Origin: Eledone cirrhosa
Taxonomy: Eukaryota
DNA: 64,000 nucleotides
Direction: 5' to 3'
NCBI GenBank assembly: GCA_964016885.1
Contig: OZ024743.1
Coordinates: forward strand, 4,836,001 to 4,900,000
The position numbers and the translations under genes are program-made. The notes beneath the pieces were generated by a model. The model searched no databases and was not told where the DNA came from. It saw only the letters and a program-made list of their open reading frames with translations. Shown here piece after piece: positions 1-14,584 of the stretch. How positions within the stretch are numbered: position 1 is the first letter of the stretch; the number at the start of each line of letters is the position of its first letter.

Positions 1-133
1 AAAGCCACACCCCATAGGGAATAAAACAGTCGAGTTTACTTAAATTGATTCAGTACCTGACTAGTAAATATTTTATCAACCCCGGAATGATGAAAGACAT
101 TTTGTTCAAAGGTCTTAGAAATTAAGCATAGAC

Positions 134-158
134 AATGATGATGATGATGATGATGATA

Positions 159-246
<88 letters not shown>
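134..246. repeat. (ATG)n/(CAT)n inverted trinucleotide microsatellite
   Basis: (GAT)n switches directly to (CAT)n at ~200. Confidence 0.95.
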
Positions 247-1032
247 CACCAGTGTTTGGGTGGGGGGCACCAGACTGATAATAGCTGTTCAAGATTGGAG
301 TCTCGCAACTAGATCCTCTCACCACATCATCAAGGAGAAATTGGCCAATAACAATAATTGTCTTTAATATGAGCACAAGAATTTGGAGATGGGTGGATTA
401 ATTAATTAAATCTACCTCAGTATTTTTGACTGATACTGTATTTTATCGACCCAGGATGTTTGAAAGACAAAATTAACCTCGGGGGAGGGGGGGGTTGAAC
501 TCAGAATGTAAAGAACCACAACTAAATATTTCAATAATTTACTTTATTGGACAGAAAGGGCAAAGGTGCTTGAAGCACTTCAATAGCGAAATACAGAGGA
601 AAACAACAAGTGTGGGGTGGTGGGGAGTTACATCGAGTAAAAGAATGAAATCAACAATAGCAATAAAAACACATTAATAAACAGGTAATAATTGTTTCTA
701 TTTTTGGCACAAGGCCAGCAATTTTTTGATTAAATCAACCTCAGTGCATTACTGGTACTTTATTTTATCAACCCCGTAACGATGAAAAGCAAAGCTAATC
801 TCAGCGGGATTTAAACTCAGAACGTAAAGGGACGTAACTATGCTGCAAAGGATGCTCTCTGGCGCTCTACTGATTCTGTCAATCCACCGCGCTAATAACG
901 ATTATAAAAAGAAACAACACAGAAGAAAAGGGGAACAAGGATCCAAAATGTGGCACCTCGGTCCCATGGGCCGTAATAATGTTACATAAAGGTTAAATGA
1001 AGCACGGGACCCTTGTACATGCTGGGTTCATT

Positions 1033-1258
1033 GCAAATACTACACATACTACTAGATCAATCCGACATTACCCGCACACAACCATAGATTGCACTCACAC
1101 ACACAGCAAATACTACACATACTACTAGATCAATCCGACATTACCCGCACACAACCATAGATTGCACTCACACACACAGCAAATACTACACATACTACTA
1201 GATCAATCCGACATTACCCGCACACAACCATAGATTGCACTCACACACACAGCAAATA
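1033..1258. repeat. Perfect tandem triplication, 73-bp unit
   Basis: GCAAATA recurs at 1033, 1106, 1179 and 1252 with identical intervening sequence. Confidence 0.93.
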
Positions 1259-2018
1259 ATGGTTTCTGATTTAGACACAAGGCCAACAATTTTGGAGAGG
1301 AGAAAGTCGATGAAATCGACCCAGTGCATTATTGGTACTTTATTTATCGATCCCGTAAGGATGAAAGGCAAAGCTAACCTGAGCACGTAAAGGACCGTAA
1401 CTCTATGCCGCGAAGCATGGTGGCCGGCGCTCTACCGATACAGCCAATGATTTCTAATGTTGGCACAAGGCCAGCAATTTAGGCGATAGGAAAATCTATT
1501 ATATCCCAGTACTTGAATGGTACTTTATTTTGTTGACCTCTGAAGAATGAAATGCAACATTGACCTTTAGAAGGTAAAGTGTTTGGTAGAAATCCTGCCA
1601 GATATCCAGAAGCAAGTGGTAATAATAACCAGCTTCGTGCCGAGCACTTTCTCTGGTTCAGGCTACAAGGTGAACGTGTGTTTTGGTGTGTTGTGGAGAA
1701 TATATGCATGTGAGTGTCATGTTTTTGACAGAATGCGTGTGTGTGCGTGTGATTGTGTGTGTGTGTGCGTGTGATTGTGTGTGTGTGTGTGTGTGAGTGT
1801 GCGTGCGCATCTGTTTGTGTGAGTGTGAGTGCATGCGTATTTATATCAGTGTTTGCGTGTGTCTTTGTACATGCGAGTGTTTTGGTGTCTATCGAAATTT
1901 TTTATTGTTTAAGAGACGACACGCGTCACTCGCCACGAGTCACATGTCACACTAATTCTCATTAACTGCTTACATATACAGAGATACAAACGTATGCATA
2001 CATACATAGAAACACACA

Positions 2019-2061
<43 letters not shown>

Positions 2062-3201
2062 GCATAAATAAATACTTAAAAACATGTACACACATACAAA
2101 CTTACACACACATACACACACATCGTATACAAACATACAACGCTCGTATACAAACATACCCACACAGTGGCACGCGCGTGCGTGTGTAACGTATATCTAT
2201 TTACTTTATTGTTGTTGCTGTTGTTGTTGTATAGTAAAGGTGAAAGAATACCCATGTATTATTTCAACCACGTGTCTCCATTTATCATAAGAAAAGTGAT
2301 GCTCTTCAGGAAGACAGCACTAATCACCGTCTTCCTTCTTCCACCCCGGGTCCCCGTACACATAGCTCTTGATGAAAGAAATGAACCGTTACAAGGCAAA
2401 GAAGAGGCAGAAAGTGGGCGTTGTTGTGCCGCTGCCACTATTAGTGTCCATAAGATGACAATGGATGATGACAAAACAATAACAACAACAACAATGCTAC
2501 ATTGAATACAGAAACGACATTAACAGTAACAACAAGGACGGACACTTGTTGAATATAAGAGTATTAACAGAATGAACCACACAGCATGATGTATAGTAAT
2601 AGTGACGATGTTGTAGTTGTGGTGATAGTAGTAATCATGGTGGGAGTCATGGCTGTCTTCGTCGTAGGGGTGTTGTTGTTGTTGTAGTAGTTTGTTTTGA
2701 TGTGGCTACTATTTCTTTTTGTGGGTGTTTAGTTATCCTGTTGTATACGACAGAAGTTTATATATAACATATAACGAATGAGAGAATGGCATTTCGTTGG
2801 ATCACGCAAATCATAAGAAATGTGTTGTTAGGTTAAAAAGGTGGAAATCTACCCGAAGTCCGGATCTTATCCTTGTTCCATTGGTATTAAGCGACTGGGG
2901 GTACAAGATGGGTTACTGGGACACATATTGTCGGTACTCATTTCAGCTGCGTAGACTAAATCAAAGTGAAATTAAGTATTTTACTCAAGAATACATGCTG
3001 CCCTGTCCAGGAGTCGAACCCATGACATTGCAATCCTTAACCACTTTCTTTGATAACATACCCTAACCACTTTCTTTGATAACATACCTTAACCACTTTC
3101 TTTGATAATATACCCTCTTACGCAAGAAAAAAGTACCAGCGGTCTAGGCGGTGGTCTTAAACAGTCTAACGGTCTTTCTGTACGAGAGTTTTCGTCTAAC
3201 T

Positions 3202-3790
3202 CGGTGGTTCTCAACTGAGATCCATATATAGTTTCAGGTGGTCCACGCAAGAAAAATAGTAATTTGGGGGTCCACAGTAGTATACTAGAGAGCCATGAAA
3301 AATAGTTGCTTTAGAAATATATATTTCAAGACACTATTTGAAGCGTTAGAGGAAGAAAATAAATTAAAACAATCAAAAAAGTCTTCACGGTAAGACTAAC
3401 AAACATTTCGTCGACAACCTATATCGTATAAATTAATACAGTGTAAGGAAGCCAGGTCCGAACGCAAAGGAGCCGAGCTCCAACTGTCATCGACTCCATC
3501 TTTCTCGCCCTCCCCAACTCTGACTATTATGAGAAAATGAGGTCCCACGCGCTGGCCGCCTCAGGGCCCCGGCGGAAAGAATAAGAAAAGTTAAACAAAG
3601 AAGTTGGTAAAAATAATTCTCTAGGGAATTAATAGAAATTAAAAGGAATGTTAATGAAAGAAGACAAAACCAATGCTAACAATAGCAATAGTAAAAGCAA
3701 CAGTAATGACAAAAATGCTATGAGGGTTCGCCAGAGCAAAATAGGAAACAGAAGAGGCCATAGATGAAAAAAAAAATTTCAGAACCATGC
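3202..3790. mobile_element. Degenerate hAT-Charlie-like non-autonomous element
   Basis: CGGTGGTTCTCAAC ... TTTCAGAACCATG resembles CAGTGGTTCTCAA TIRs. Confidence 0.4.
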
Positions 3791-4005
3791 GCACTTCGAC
3801 TCAAGGGGATAATGAAGTCCCTTGACCAATGTCTCACAACAGTGCTTGCAAAGTGTACCTAAACCTTTCTGTTGCCATAGGATATCCATACATGCATGCA
3901 AACATGTATGGATATATCTATGTGTATATGCATGTATGTATGTGTCCATGTATGTATATATCCACGTATGTATATATATATCCATATATGTATGTATGTG
4001 GGAGG

Positions 4006-4045
<40 letters not shown>

Positions 4046-4561
4046 GGGATGCTGAAAGGTTTCTGGCTTTGGGTAAAAGAAAATACAGGCGGATCAGTTA
4101 ATTTTGATTTCGTTCAACATATTACCCTCTCAGATTCACATAGTTATTGCAGTGGTCCTTCAGTTTTTCTAAGCCCTGTAAAAAGAACTCAGAAGGTTGG
4201 TCTTTCAACCAAGCCTCTGTAGTAGCGATCAAGCCAGAAACGTGTCAGTACCCCCTCGTATTTGCTTCTACGTATATGTATTTATTGCTTTTCATTCTTT
4301 TTCGATTGCTTAATAAGTACCAATCCAGCCTTGTGGCTGGTTTTTCCTCTGTCTGTCTGTTTGTCTCCTCCACCTCTAACTCTCTCTCTCTCTCCTTCCC
4401 TTCTCTCTCCATCTTTCTCCGGAAGAAAGCGCATGTGTTCCAGCCTGGAAAGGGGTGGGGACACGCCATGTGTTATGACGGCACACCTACGACTCCATCT
4501 AGAGTTAAGAGAGCCAACATAACTTTTTATTTTATTTCGTGTAAATGTGTGTGTGAGTGTG

Positions 4562-4602
<41 letters not shown>

Positions 4603-4609
4603 GTGTGTG

Positions 4610-4694
<85 letters not shown>

Positions 4695-4695
4695 T

Positions 4696-4804
<109 letters not shown>

Positions 4805-6779
4805 CCTTTAATCTTTTGCCTCTTCCAGCCATCCGGCTGTGGCCATGCTGGAGCACGGCCCTTGTATGTATAAATATATCAAGCATTTATTGAGTTGGAT
4901 GTTTCAATGATCAAACTACGGAGGGTTTATGGCCGAAGCCGACGAAGGATCCATCATATAAACAATTGAACCTGACTGAATAAAACCTAAACTACACACG
5001 TTATCACTGAGTAGGTTCTAGATGGGTCGTCGGACACACGAGTAAATTGTACTTGATGACCACTGAGCGATCTGTCCAAACTGCTGCCATTGTCGCTGCC
5101 GCTGTTAATGATGATAAGGAGGGCTAAAGTAATAGCAGTAGTAGTAGTAGTAGTAGTAGGAGGAGGAGGAGGAGGAGGAGGAGGAGGAGGAGGAGGAGAA
5201 GAAGAAGAAGAAGAAGAAGAAGAAGAAGAAGAAGAAGAAGAAGAAGAAGAAGAAGAAAACAAAGTTGACATTGACAGGATTTGAACTCAGTACGTAAAGA
5301 GACCGAACTAAATGCTATGAAATATTTTATCTGCCATTCTACCAACCCTACTCTTATTGGTATTAATGGTTTCTGATTTAGGCACAAGGCCAGCAATTTG
5401 GAAGAAACGGAAAATCGCTAGAACTGATAAAAGAGATTCTGTTAGAATAATTGTTTCTACTTTTGGCACAAGGCCAGCAATTATCTCAGTGCATTACTGG
5501 TACTTTATTTTATCGACCCCGTAAGGATGAAAGGTAAAGTTAACCTCGGTGGGATTTGAACTCAGACCGTAAAGGGCTGTAACTCTATGCTGCAAAGCAT
5601 GGCGTCCGAACTTCTACCGATACTACCAACTGGTAGCATAATGGATAGAATATAGCTGTCCTTGTTCTGTACTAGGTCATCTCTGCTCGAGCAGACTTAT
5701 CATCAAAGGCGTTTCAATCGTGACCATCCCGTTTTTTCCTATATAAAGGATTATAAATAATGAAAGTGGTGGATTTCATGATGGTGTTGGCGGTTGTGTG
5801 GATGTTTGGTGTTGTGGTGAAAGTTGAGATGGTGGTAGCGGTGGTGCTTGTAGTAATGGTGGTGGTGGTGTTTATGGTTGTTTTCATCGACGCTACCGTT
5901 GTAATCTTTGTGGTAGTGATGCAGTTTTCATATTGTAGTGAAGAGATATTTGTTGTGAAGTTTCAGTTATTTGTACTACTGTTGTAGTTGTAGTTGTTGT
6001 TGTTAGTGAGTGAAAGTGGTGGATGTGATTTGTGTAGTTTGGAGAGGGTGTGGCTGCAATTATCTTGTTAATAGATTCATTCTGTTCAGGTGATATAAGT
6101 TCAAGTAGTGGCACCCTATGGACAAAAACATGGTCCACTGAAACGTGCCATAATCAAGCAGACCAGGAAGCCAAATAAACTTCAGGGCTTAGTCTAATAC
6201 ATACTTCACACATCAATGAATGCCACCTCCCAGCCCGATTTGCTGTCCTTCTCCGCCTCCCATCTTCCTTACGTCTCGTATAGTTCCATTCTTTTCTCTC
6301 TTCCTCACTCTTTCTTTCTTTCGTATGTATGTATGGATATATGTATGTATGTGTATCTATGTACGTATGTGCGTATGTATGTATGTATGTGTGTGTGTAT
6401 GTATGTATGTGTATATATGTACGTATGCGTGTATGTATGTATGTATGTATGTATGTATGTATGTATGTGTGTGTGTATGTATGTATGTGTATCTATGTAC
6501 GTATGCGTGTATGTATGTATTATGTGTCTATGTATGTATGTATGTGTATCTATGTACGTATGCGTGTATGTATGTATGTGTGTGTGTGTGTGTGTGTATG
6601 TGTGTATGTGTGTATGTATGTATGTATGTACGTGCGTGTGTATGTACGTATTATAAATATATATATATACATGTATAGTGTGTATGTGATTCAGTGAATT
6701 GCTGCTGGTGGTACTAAAATGAACACTCGATACTCATGCAGAGTGTATATATTTAAAAAAAACGATGAAGTTTCGTTTA

Positions 6780-7450
6780 CATGTAGTTAGTTTTATATTG
6801 TGTATCGACCTGTTACACACGTTTCGCTGATGATTGACTCAAGGTCAACCATAACGGTTATTGGTTCGACTCCATGATCGACCTGCTCTTCAGACAAGCG
6901 ATGCAACAAGAAATACAGTGTTTTTGTTGAATTGCTATGTGAAGGCGATCGACGGTCTAAGTTACATATATGACGTCGATACTGTGTAGACTGATTTCTT
7001 CCTTGGCATGCCTCAGATATAAAGGTCCCTCGGTGGAATCGACTGTTATTGCATTTGCTTGAGTTCATAGATAGCATCGGGTTGGTATATCCGCTGTATG
7101 TTCAAGTTAGGGTACTTAATTCATTTTATTAGAAGCACCTAGTGGTATGTGATTGTCTTTAAAGCATACGTGACTTTGGCTATGTATTTTATGACAAGCG
7201 GGTTGTTTGACCGTTGTTGTGTGGCTTATGTGGAATAGGTGACGGTATCTTGGTAATATGCCTACTTGCTGGTTAAAAATGTAGGGGACAGGTGACTGGT
7301 TGAGGGTGCAAGCAGTCAGTGTTAGAGCCCCTGGCCTCGGTTACAACGACTTGGGGACACATATAGTTATCCGTTGGCTGTTTATATTATTTTACACGCT
7401 AGGTTCCTCGTTGTCGGAATTACACGTGAAATAGTATGACGGGGACAATA
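6780..7450 (-). mobile_element. Degenerate PLE 3' end with pLTR hammerhead
   Basis: The minus strand reads LLIK*IKYPNLN (7095-7135), like the end of a PLE GIY-YIG domain, followed by an HHR motif at 6809-6898. Confidence 0.5.
6809..6898 (-). ncRNA. Hammerhead ribozyme motif with long stem II insertion
   Basis: Minus strand: cttgt-CTGAAGA-gc[~55 nt]gc-GAAA-cgtgt-GTA-acagg. Confidence 0.55.
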
Positions 7451-8545
7451 TTTCAATAGCTATAATTTAACTTTTTCTAATTATTACTTAGTGCATTACT
7501 GGTACTTTATTTAATCGAGCCCGTAAGGATGAAAGGCAAAGGTAACCTCGGTTGGACTTGAACTCAGAACGTAAAGATCCAGCGGCATGGATTTATGGCC
7601 TTTTACGTTCTGAGTTCAAATCCCGCCGAGGTTACCTTTGCCTTTCATCCTTACGGGGTCGATAAAACAAAGTACCAGTAATGCAATGGGGTTGATTTAA
7701 TCGACTTTCCCTGTTCCACAAAAATTGTTGGCCTTGTGCCAAAAGTAGAAACATTATTTATAATTTCGTGTTGTTTGGATTGTAATAGATTTCTTATTTG
7801 AGTTTTTATTAATTTTCTTCGCGTTATCTGGGTTTGCTTTGGAATCCAGTTTAGAGTTAACACGTGGACGATTCCTATGGTTAGGTTAAGGTGATAAGTG
7901 GTTTCTTATCATTTTGTGTAAATTTATATTCGATTTTAATTGATGATTTAATTGGTCATCTTTTTACTGAGCCTGCGGCTTCACTTCGTTATTTTCATCG
8001 AGTGTATCGGTCTGTTAAACGGTATAGGGTTTGGATTAGATTAATGAGTGATAAAAGGGCTTTGGGTCATTAAGTGGGATAGTTTTTAGTTTAGGTTAAT
8101 CTATGATTCCAAGGTTTAGGTTTGATCGGTTTAAATTCTGGCTCCTTGGGAATATATGGTCGAGAGAATACTTCTGGTGGTTGCTGTGATTGTGAGTGGT
8201 TGCATGGCCAATGACACAATGGGATCACAGTCACTGCAGATGATTATTGTAGCTATGTAATACGATAGCTGAAGTCTGATGACGCCTGACATACTTATAC
8301 CAGTAATTGATGAAGGTCGATGCTTGTTTTGCCATGTACAACTCGGGTCTGGTGAATATAGGTACAAGGATTATTTTTACTTGAGTTTGGAGAGGGGATA
8401 ACTTTGGTTTATTCAAGGTAACGTATTAGACGGTCTTACTTACACGCAAACACACACACACAAACATACACACACACACACACACACACATACTCACACA
8501 CAAAAACACCCACACACCCACATACACACACATATATTCCAATAC

Positions 8546-8632
<87 letters not shown>

Positions 8633-9018
8633 TATGTATATATAACCAGTTTCCTCTCCGTTTGTCCTTCCCATCGCTTAGTAATCTATCCATGTATTTA
8701 TCTATTCAGCTACGTGTAAATCTTTCTTTTTATCATTCATTCTGGTCGACTAATTGTTTGCTCGTGCCAACGTCGACGACAATGTTTACAGGTGTTTGTA
8801 CTGGCTTCTGTGACATTATAACTATTCCGTTTGAGCAGGAATTGAAAACGAATCCAAACCAGATTGTCACATCTCGCCGGGTGTTCACAGCGATATTTAA
8901 ATGGTTTTTGTTTTGTTTTGTTTCTTTTGTTTTTTAATATGGTTTCTTTATTAACCACACAGAGCTTACATTAAGAAAACAATAAAGACGACACAGAACG
9001 ATACAATGTGTGCGTGCG

Positions 9019-9102
<84 letters not shown>

Positions 9103-9107
9103 CGTGC

Positions 9108-9186
<79 letters not shown>

Positions 9187-9192
9187 CGTGCG

Positions 9193-9264
<72 letters not shown>

Positions 9265-10075
9265 CGTGTTTGTGTGTGTTGTGTGTGTGTCTGTGTGTTA
9301 AAAATGTTATAACAGGATCAAAAAAGAAAAAATATTTTTAACATCTAACAAAACAAAAGCCCCAATAGGCGGGGAGATCTCCAAGGGTCACTCAAAAGCA
9401 GAAAAACAATTAACATTCAGGGTCATTGTGGACGAGTTCATAGAGTTCATTTGAAATACTAGCTTTGCTTGAGAGTAGAAGGTGATCATAAGTGCTATGT
9501 AAACTGTGTCGGTTAGCCAGTTTCAGCTTTCAGCCACAGCAGTTTCGATCATGTAGCTTACGCCCTCGGAAACAAAATGCATGTTTCCTAAAGTTTTCCT
9601 TTCTCTTTATCATAAAATCTTAGATCTCAACATACTGTATGAAGTTGCTATTCAGCCGAGTCAATATTCGATTTCAATTCCCAGTCAGGGTATTTCTTGC
9701 TTTATTTTGTTAGTGTATGTTATTTTATTTATTTCTCTTACCTTTGAATAAATTACAAATGTCCCAAATTCCTCTGAACCCTGTCTTAAAGAAAAGCACA
9801 CGGCCGGACTTTTGAATTACATGTACAATCATTCCAATGGACTTCCTCACAGTCTTTTTATTTTGTTTTTAATATTGTTGGAGAGGGGGTTATAAATTGA
9901 AACACTCTTTTTCGTGGCGGAATAGTTTTCAATTATTCCGTCTGAGGATGCTGAGATCTAATGAGGGACCGCTACTGTTATGTACTGTTAGGTAATCCAG
10001 AACGACTCTGAGTCTGGTCATTGTAGAAACGTGCGTCACGTAATAAACATATGTAAAACTGATCTCTCTCTTCTG

Positions 10076-10118
<43 letters not shown>

Positions 10119-10124
10119 CGCGCA

Positions 10125-10242
<118 letters not shown>

Positions 10243-11246
10243 GGAGAGGGGGGAAGAATCATCCAGTACTTTCATAATCAAATTTTCTTGTTCAGCTTCA
10301 GGTTAGCACTGATCGAGGAGGCCTATGTTTAAAGGCTTTCCCGTGACTATTCCGTCTTTTCTTATAAATAGGACAGTGTTTTCTAAAACAGTGTGTGGGA
10401 GAGGGGGTAAGGGTGATTTGACTGCTACTTCTAGCAGAATGAATCACCACGTCGGGGTGTACTCGATTGAATCTTCTCATTAAACAATCTATAAATATTT
10501 TGTCATCCTCTAAAAGTTTAAGTCGAGCCCCTTATGATTTGAGCTCAGAAATAGGAAACAATTGTTTCTACCTTTTTGGCAGAAGGCCAGCAATTACCCA
10601 GTGTATTACTGGTACTTTATTTTATCGACCCCGTAAGGATGAAAGGCAAAGTTAACCTCAGAGGGATTTGAACTCAGAATGGCAAGGGCCATAGAAATAG
10701 GAAATAATGAAATAATTTCAATATATTACTTTTCTTTTTAAATATACACAACAAAAACACAAACAAAAAGAATTGGAAAAAAATCTCCACACCGGTTTTC
10801 AGTGTCACATTTTACAAAAATAAATATTCCATTTCGTATTGTGTACTCCTTACACCAGCTGCACCATACTCTATCTATTAATAAGATAATACTGCTAAGA
10901 ACACCCGTCTGCATAAACTGCGGACAAAAAAGGGAAGAAAACTAAAACGGAAACGTGCTACGGCATATGATATGCGCATGTGAATACACACGACCTTATT
11001 TAAATATCGTTTAAAATAAAGACTACAAAGAGCTATTAGTAATTCTGTATGATCATAGTTGTGTTCGTTGATGAGAGTCTATATTCCGAGTGGAACGAGT
11101 TTAGATTTGTCAGTGAGAATGCGTTCAAAATATAGTTGGTTGTTAATTAAATGTAAAAATTACGCTTTAAAAAATATCAAACAATTTTTTTAATTAATAA
11201 ATATAGTACCACAGTTTCTTTTTTTTTTTTACCTTTGTCCTTGTAT

Positions 11247-11431
11247 CAGACCTGCCAACCTCTAAAACCCCAAACGGGGAGTACCATAAAAAAATGCCCA
11301 AAACGGGGAGAAATGAGGGAAATGGGGAGATATTACATAATAAAAGCTATACCCATTTTCACAAGAGAAGACATCTATCACCTACTCCAAAGTGGGTGAT
11401 AGATGTCAGACAGGGAGAGTTGACAGGTCTA
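11247..11431. mobile_element. MITE with short TIRs (hAT-like)
   Basis: CAGACCTGCCAAC ... GTTGACAGGTCTA. The same left terminus recurs at 59340. Confidence 0.55.
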
Positions 11432-12425
11432 TTGTTTGTTTTGGGGTTGTGCAGTATATACCATAACTAAATGTTTCCAGCTTTCTTTCAGACCTGTTCC
11501 CGAGAAAAAAGCCAGCAGAAGAGGAAACTATACCAAGAATCAAGAATCAACCAACACCGAATACCTTTTTACTTTGATCATACCTTTTCTTATATAATAT
11601 TATGTAATAAAATATTTCAATAAAGTTTTACTGATACTGTATGTGTTGTTTCATCTGTGTCTGAAATTTCTGTGTATTCCACAGTTTGTACAAACCCATG
11701 TGTGTGTTTATTCTGTGTTTTTATGTCCTTGATTGATAAATATTCTGCCATCGCTCGTGTATCTGGATGTGCAATGAAGTGTTGAATTTTTGTGAGATTG
11801 CTAGAAATATGTCATAAGCCCTGACCTAATAATTATCGGTACGTTACTGATTAAAAAAGCCAAAATAAACGGACTGGGGTATTTTATAGCTAAGTTAATA
11901 ATAAAATAAAAAACAAATAACATATTTGAGTACTACATCAAGTAGTAGTTCTATCAAGCACTATGTCAAGTACAGTTCATATTTTTCAAGCTCAAAATCA
12001 ATATTTAAAAAAAGACACTAAGTCATCATAATTACATAAATAATGTTCATCAGTCAAAAAGGGATGCGTGTTATACACGAATGCGTGTTATACACGAATG
12101 CACGCAATACACGAAAGAATACAATACACGTTCGGTCCATTAATTTCTGTTGCTTCTTATCAATGTCTAGCACAAACGTTATCCTGCACCGTCACACAAA
12201 TATCTATGTATCTACAGATGAAGTTATCTGACCATATAACTATCTAATATTCTGACTGATTAGCTAACCACCTACCTAGATAATCACCAGGAAGACTTTC
12301 CTGGTGATTTCTTTCGAAAGAATCAGTTCTAGTCCTGTAGAAGCCATTTCTATATTAAATTTGATGTTTACACTCTACATTGAGTACCTTAATTACTGTG
12401 GTTCCCCTCGATTGAACCCAGGACT

Positions 12426-12504
<79 letters not shown>

Positions 12505-12514
12505 AAGAGAGACA

Positions 12515-12594
<80 letters not shown>

Positions 12595-13058
12595 CTGCAT
12601 GTATGCATGTATATATACAAATATATACGTGTAAATATTCAGGCAGATACATAAATAGATCGATGAATAAACAGGGAAGCTGACAGATTGTTTACGACTC
12701 AATTCATTATACAATATATATAAATGTAAGTCTTATAACTATATAATAAAGCAATAAACCCTGTTCGGCAGCTGTTGTTAGAGTCCTTATTGCTACTCAA
12801 ACGTAGCTTCAGGTCGAATAGACATGTGATCAAAACTATAATCTTTCCAGATGTGACCATTCCAATTTTTATAGCTACATGTACCAATGACCGTGTTGGT
12901 AAGAAGTTTGCATTGTAGACATGAAGTTCCGGGTTCGAACCCTTTGTGCGGAGACTTGTGCAAGCATCTTCTGCTAGAACGTCAGGTTCGGCAATAACTT
13001 GGAAGTTCAATTTGGTTTTTGAAGGTTTACGAAAGACCATCGTATGTATGTACGTAAG

Positions 13059-13325
13059 CAGTGGCGGACTGGCCAGGTTGTCAGGTTGCCAGGTTGCCCA
13101 ATGGCAAATGGGCCCCATGGGCCCACGGTAGCATTGCAGAGCCCAGTGTAGTATTTTAGGGGCTAATGCTTTGCTTTCAAAATATAACTGAAGTCTAAAA
13201 GAAAGAATAAAATTTTTTTTTTAATAAATAAAACAAATTAAGCAAAGCATTTGGTCAACCAATTCCCCAGGGAATTACTGGAAACCAAAATATATGATAG
13301 TGCAAATAGCTGGAATCAGTGTTTT
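13059..13325 (+). mobile_element. DNA-transposon-like repeat end; second copy at 14880-15137
   Basis: CAGTGGCGGACTGGCC terminus and ~250 bp shared between the two loci. Confidence 0.55.
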
Positions 13326-13369
<44 letters not shown>

Positions 13370-13376
13370 GTACATA

Positions 13377-13525
<149 letters not shown>

Positions 13526-13774
13526 GAAAGACCAAAGGTCATTATTGAAAGTCACTGGATTTCGCAAAATACATAATATTTTTGATTGGAGAAGGGAAGA
13601 TATTTTTGCGCAAAAATTTGATCGCACTGTTTTGTTTCCACTTAAGTGTTTTTTTTTTAATGTTATTTATTCATTATAAAAATTAAATTATATCATTCTA
13701 TATGTAGATGGGCTCTCTTCATCTCCTGGCAACCAATATTTTTAGACCCGGTCCCCCACTGTATATATATATAT

Positions 13775-13855
<81 letters not shown>

Positions 13856-14014
13856 TATAATACCAATCATTGTAAGTTTGAATCTTACTGACATACAAAA
13901 ACATATATATATATGAATAAGGTAACCCCAAGTAGAATATAGTCTAGAATCTAGACTATATTTAGATGAGAAACAAAACGAGGATGTAGTGTATGGAACA
14001 CCCAAATGATTTAG

Positions 14015-14445
14015 AAGTCAACCTTAAGTAGGAGCAATAACATTAAGAAAGTCATGAACGACACCACATCATTTTGAATTGAAAATGTTGAAAGTAGGTT
14101 TATAAGTATGAATTTTCACTAGATTTTCGTAGCTGTCTCAGTGGCCTAGCGGTAGGTACTAGAGACAGTGGAATCCTGGTCGAGAGGTACATGTAATCTT
14201 TTTCAGTTTTTATTTTACAACCCATTGAAAAAAACTGAAAAGGTTTACCGGGAACCCTACTCCCGACCACGATCGAACTTCAGACCAGGATCACCACCGT
14301 CTATGATTCCTCCAACTAGGCCGCCGAGAAAGCTACAAGAGTATAATGAAAATTAATAATTATAAACCTACTTTCAAAATCAAAGTTAAAAATGATGTGG
14401 TGTCGTTCATGGCTTTCCTAGAGCTATTATATTTAGGGTCGGCTT
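14015..14445. mobile_element. Fold-back/MITE-like element with ~170-bp diverged inverted arms
   Basis: catgaacgacaccacatcatttt (14053) pairs with aaaatgatgtggtgtcgttcatg (14389). gaaagtaggtttataa pairs with ttataaacctactttc. Confidence 0.7.
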
Positions 14446-14534
14446 ATTAATCTTCTGGCTCTTTGGTAACAACCTTATTATTCCTATGTGTGTTTAACTG
14501 TTGAATTAATTTAATTTGATTATTTTAACAAACA

Positions 14535-14584
<50 letters not shown>

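Noticed and set aside
8278-8330. CTGATGA at 8276 as a hammerhead core
   Set aside because: There is no downstream stem II-GAAA arrangement.
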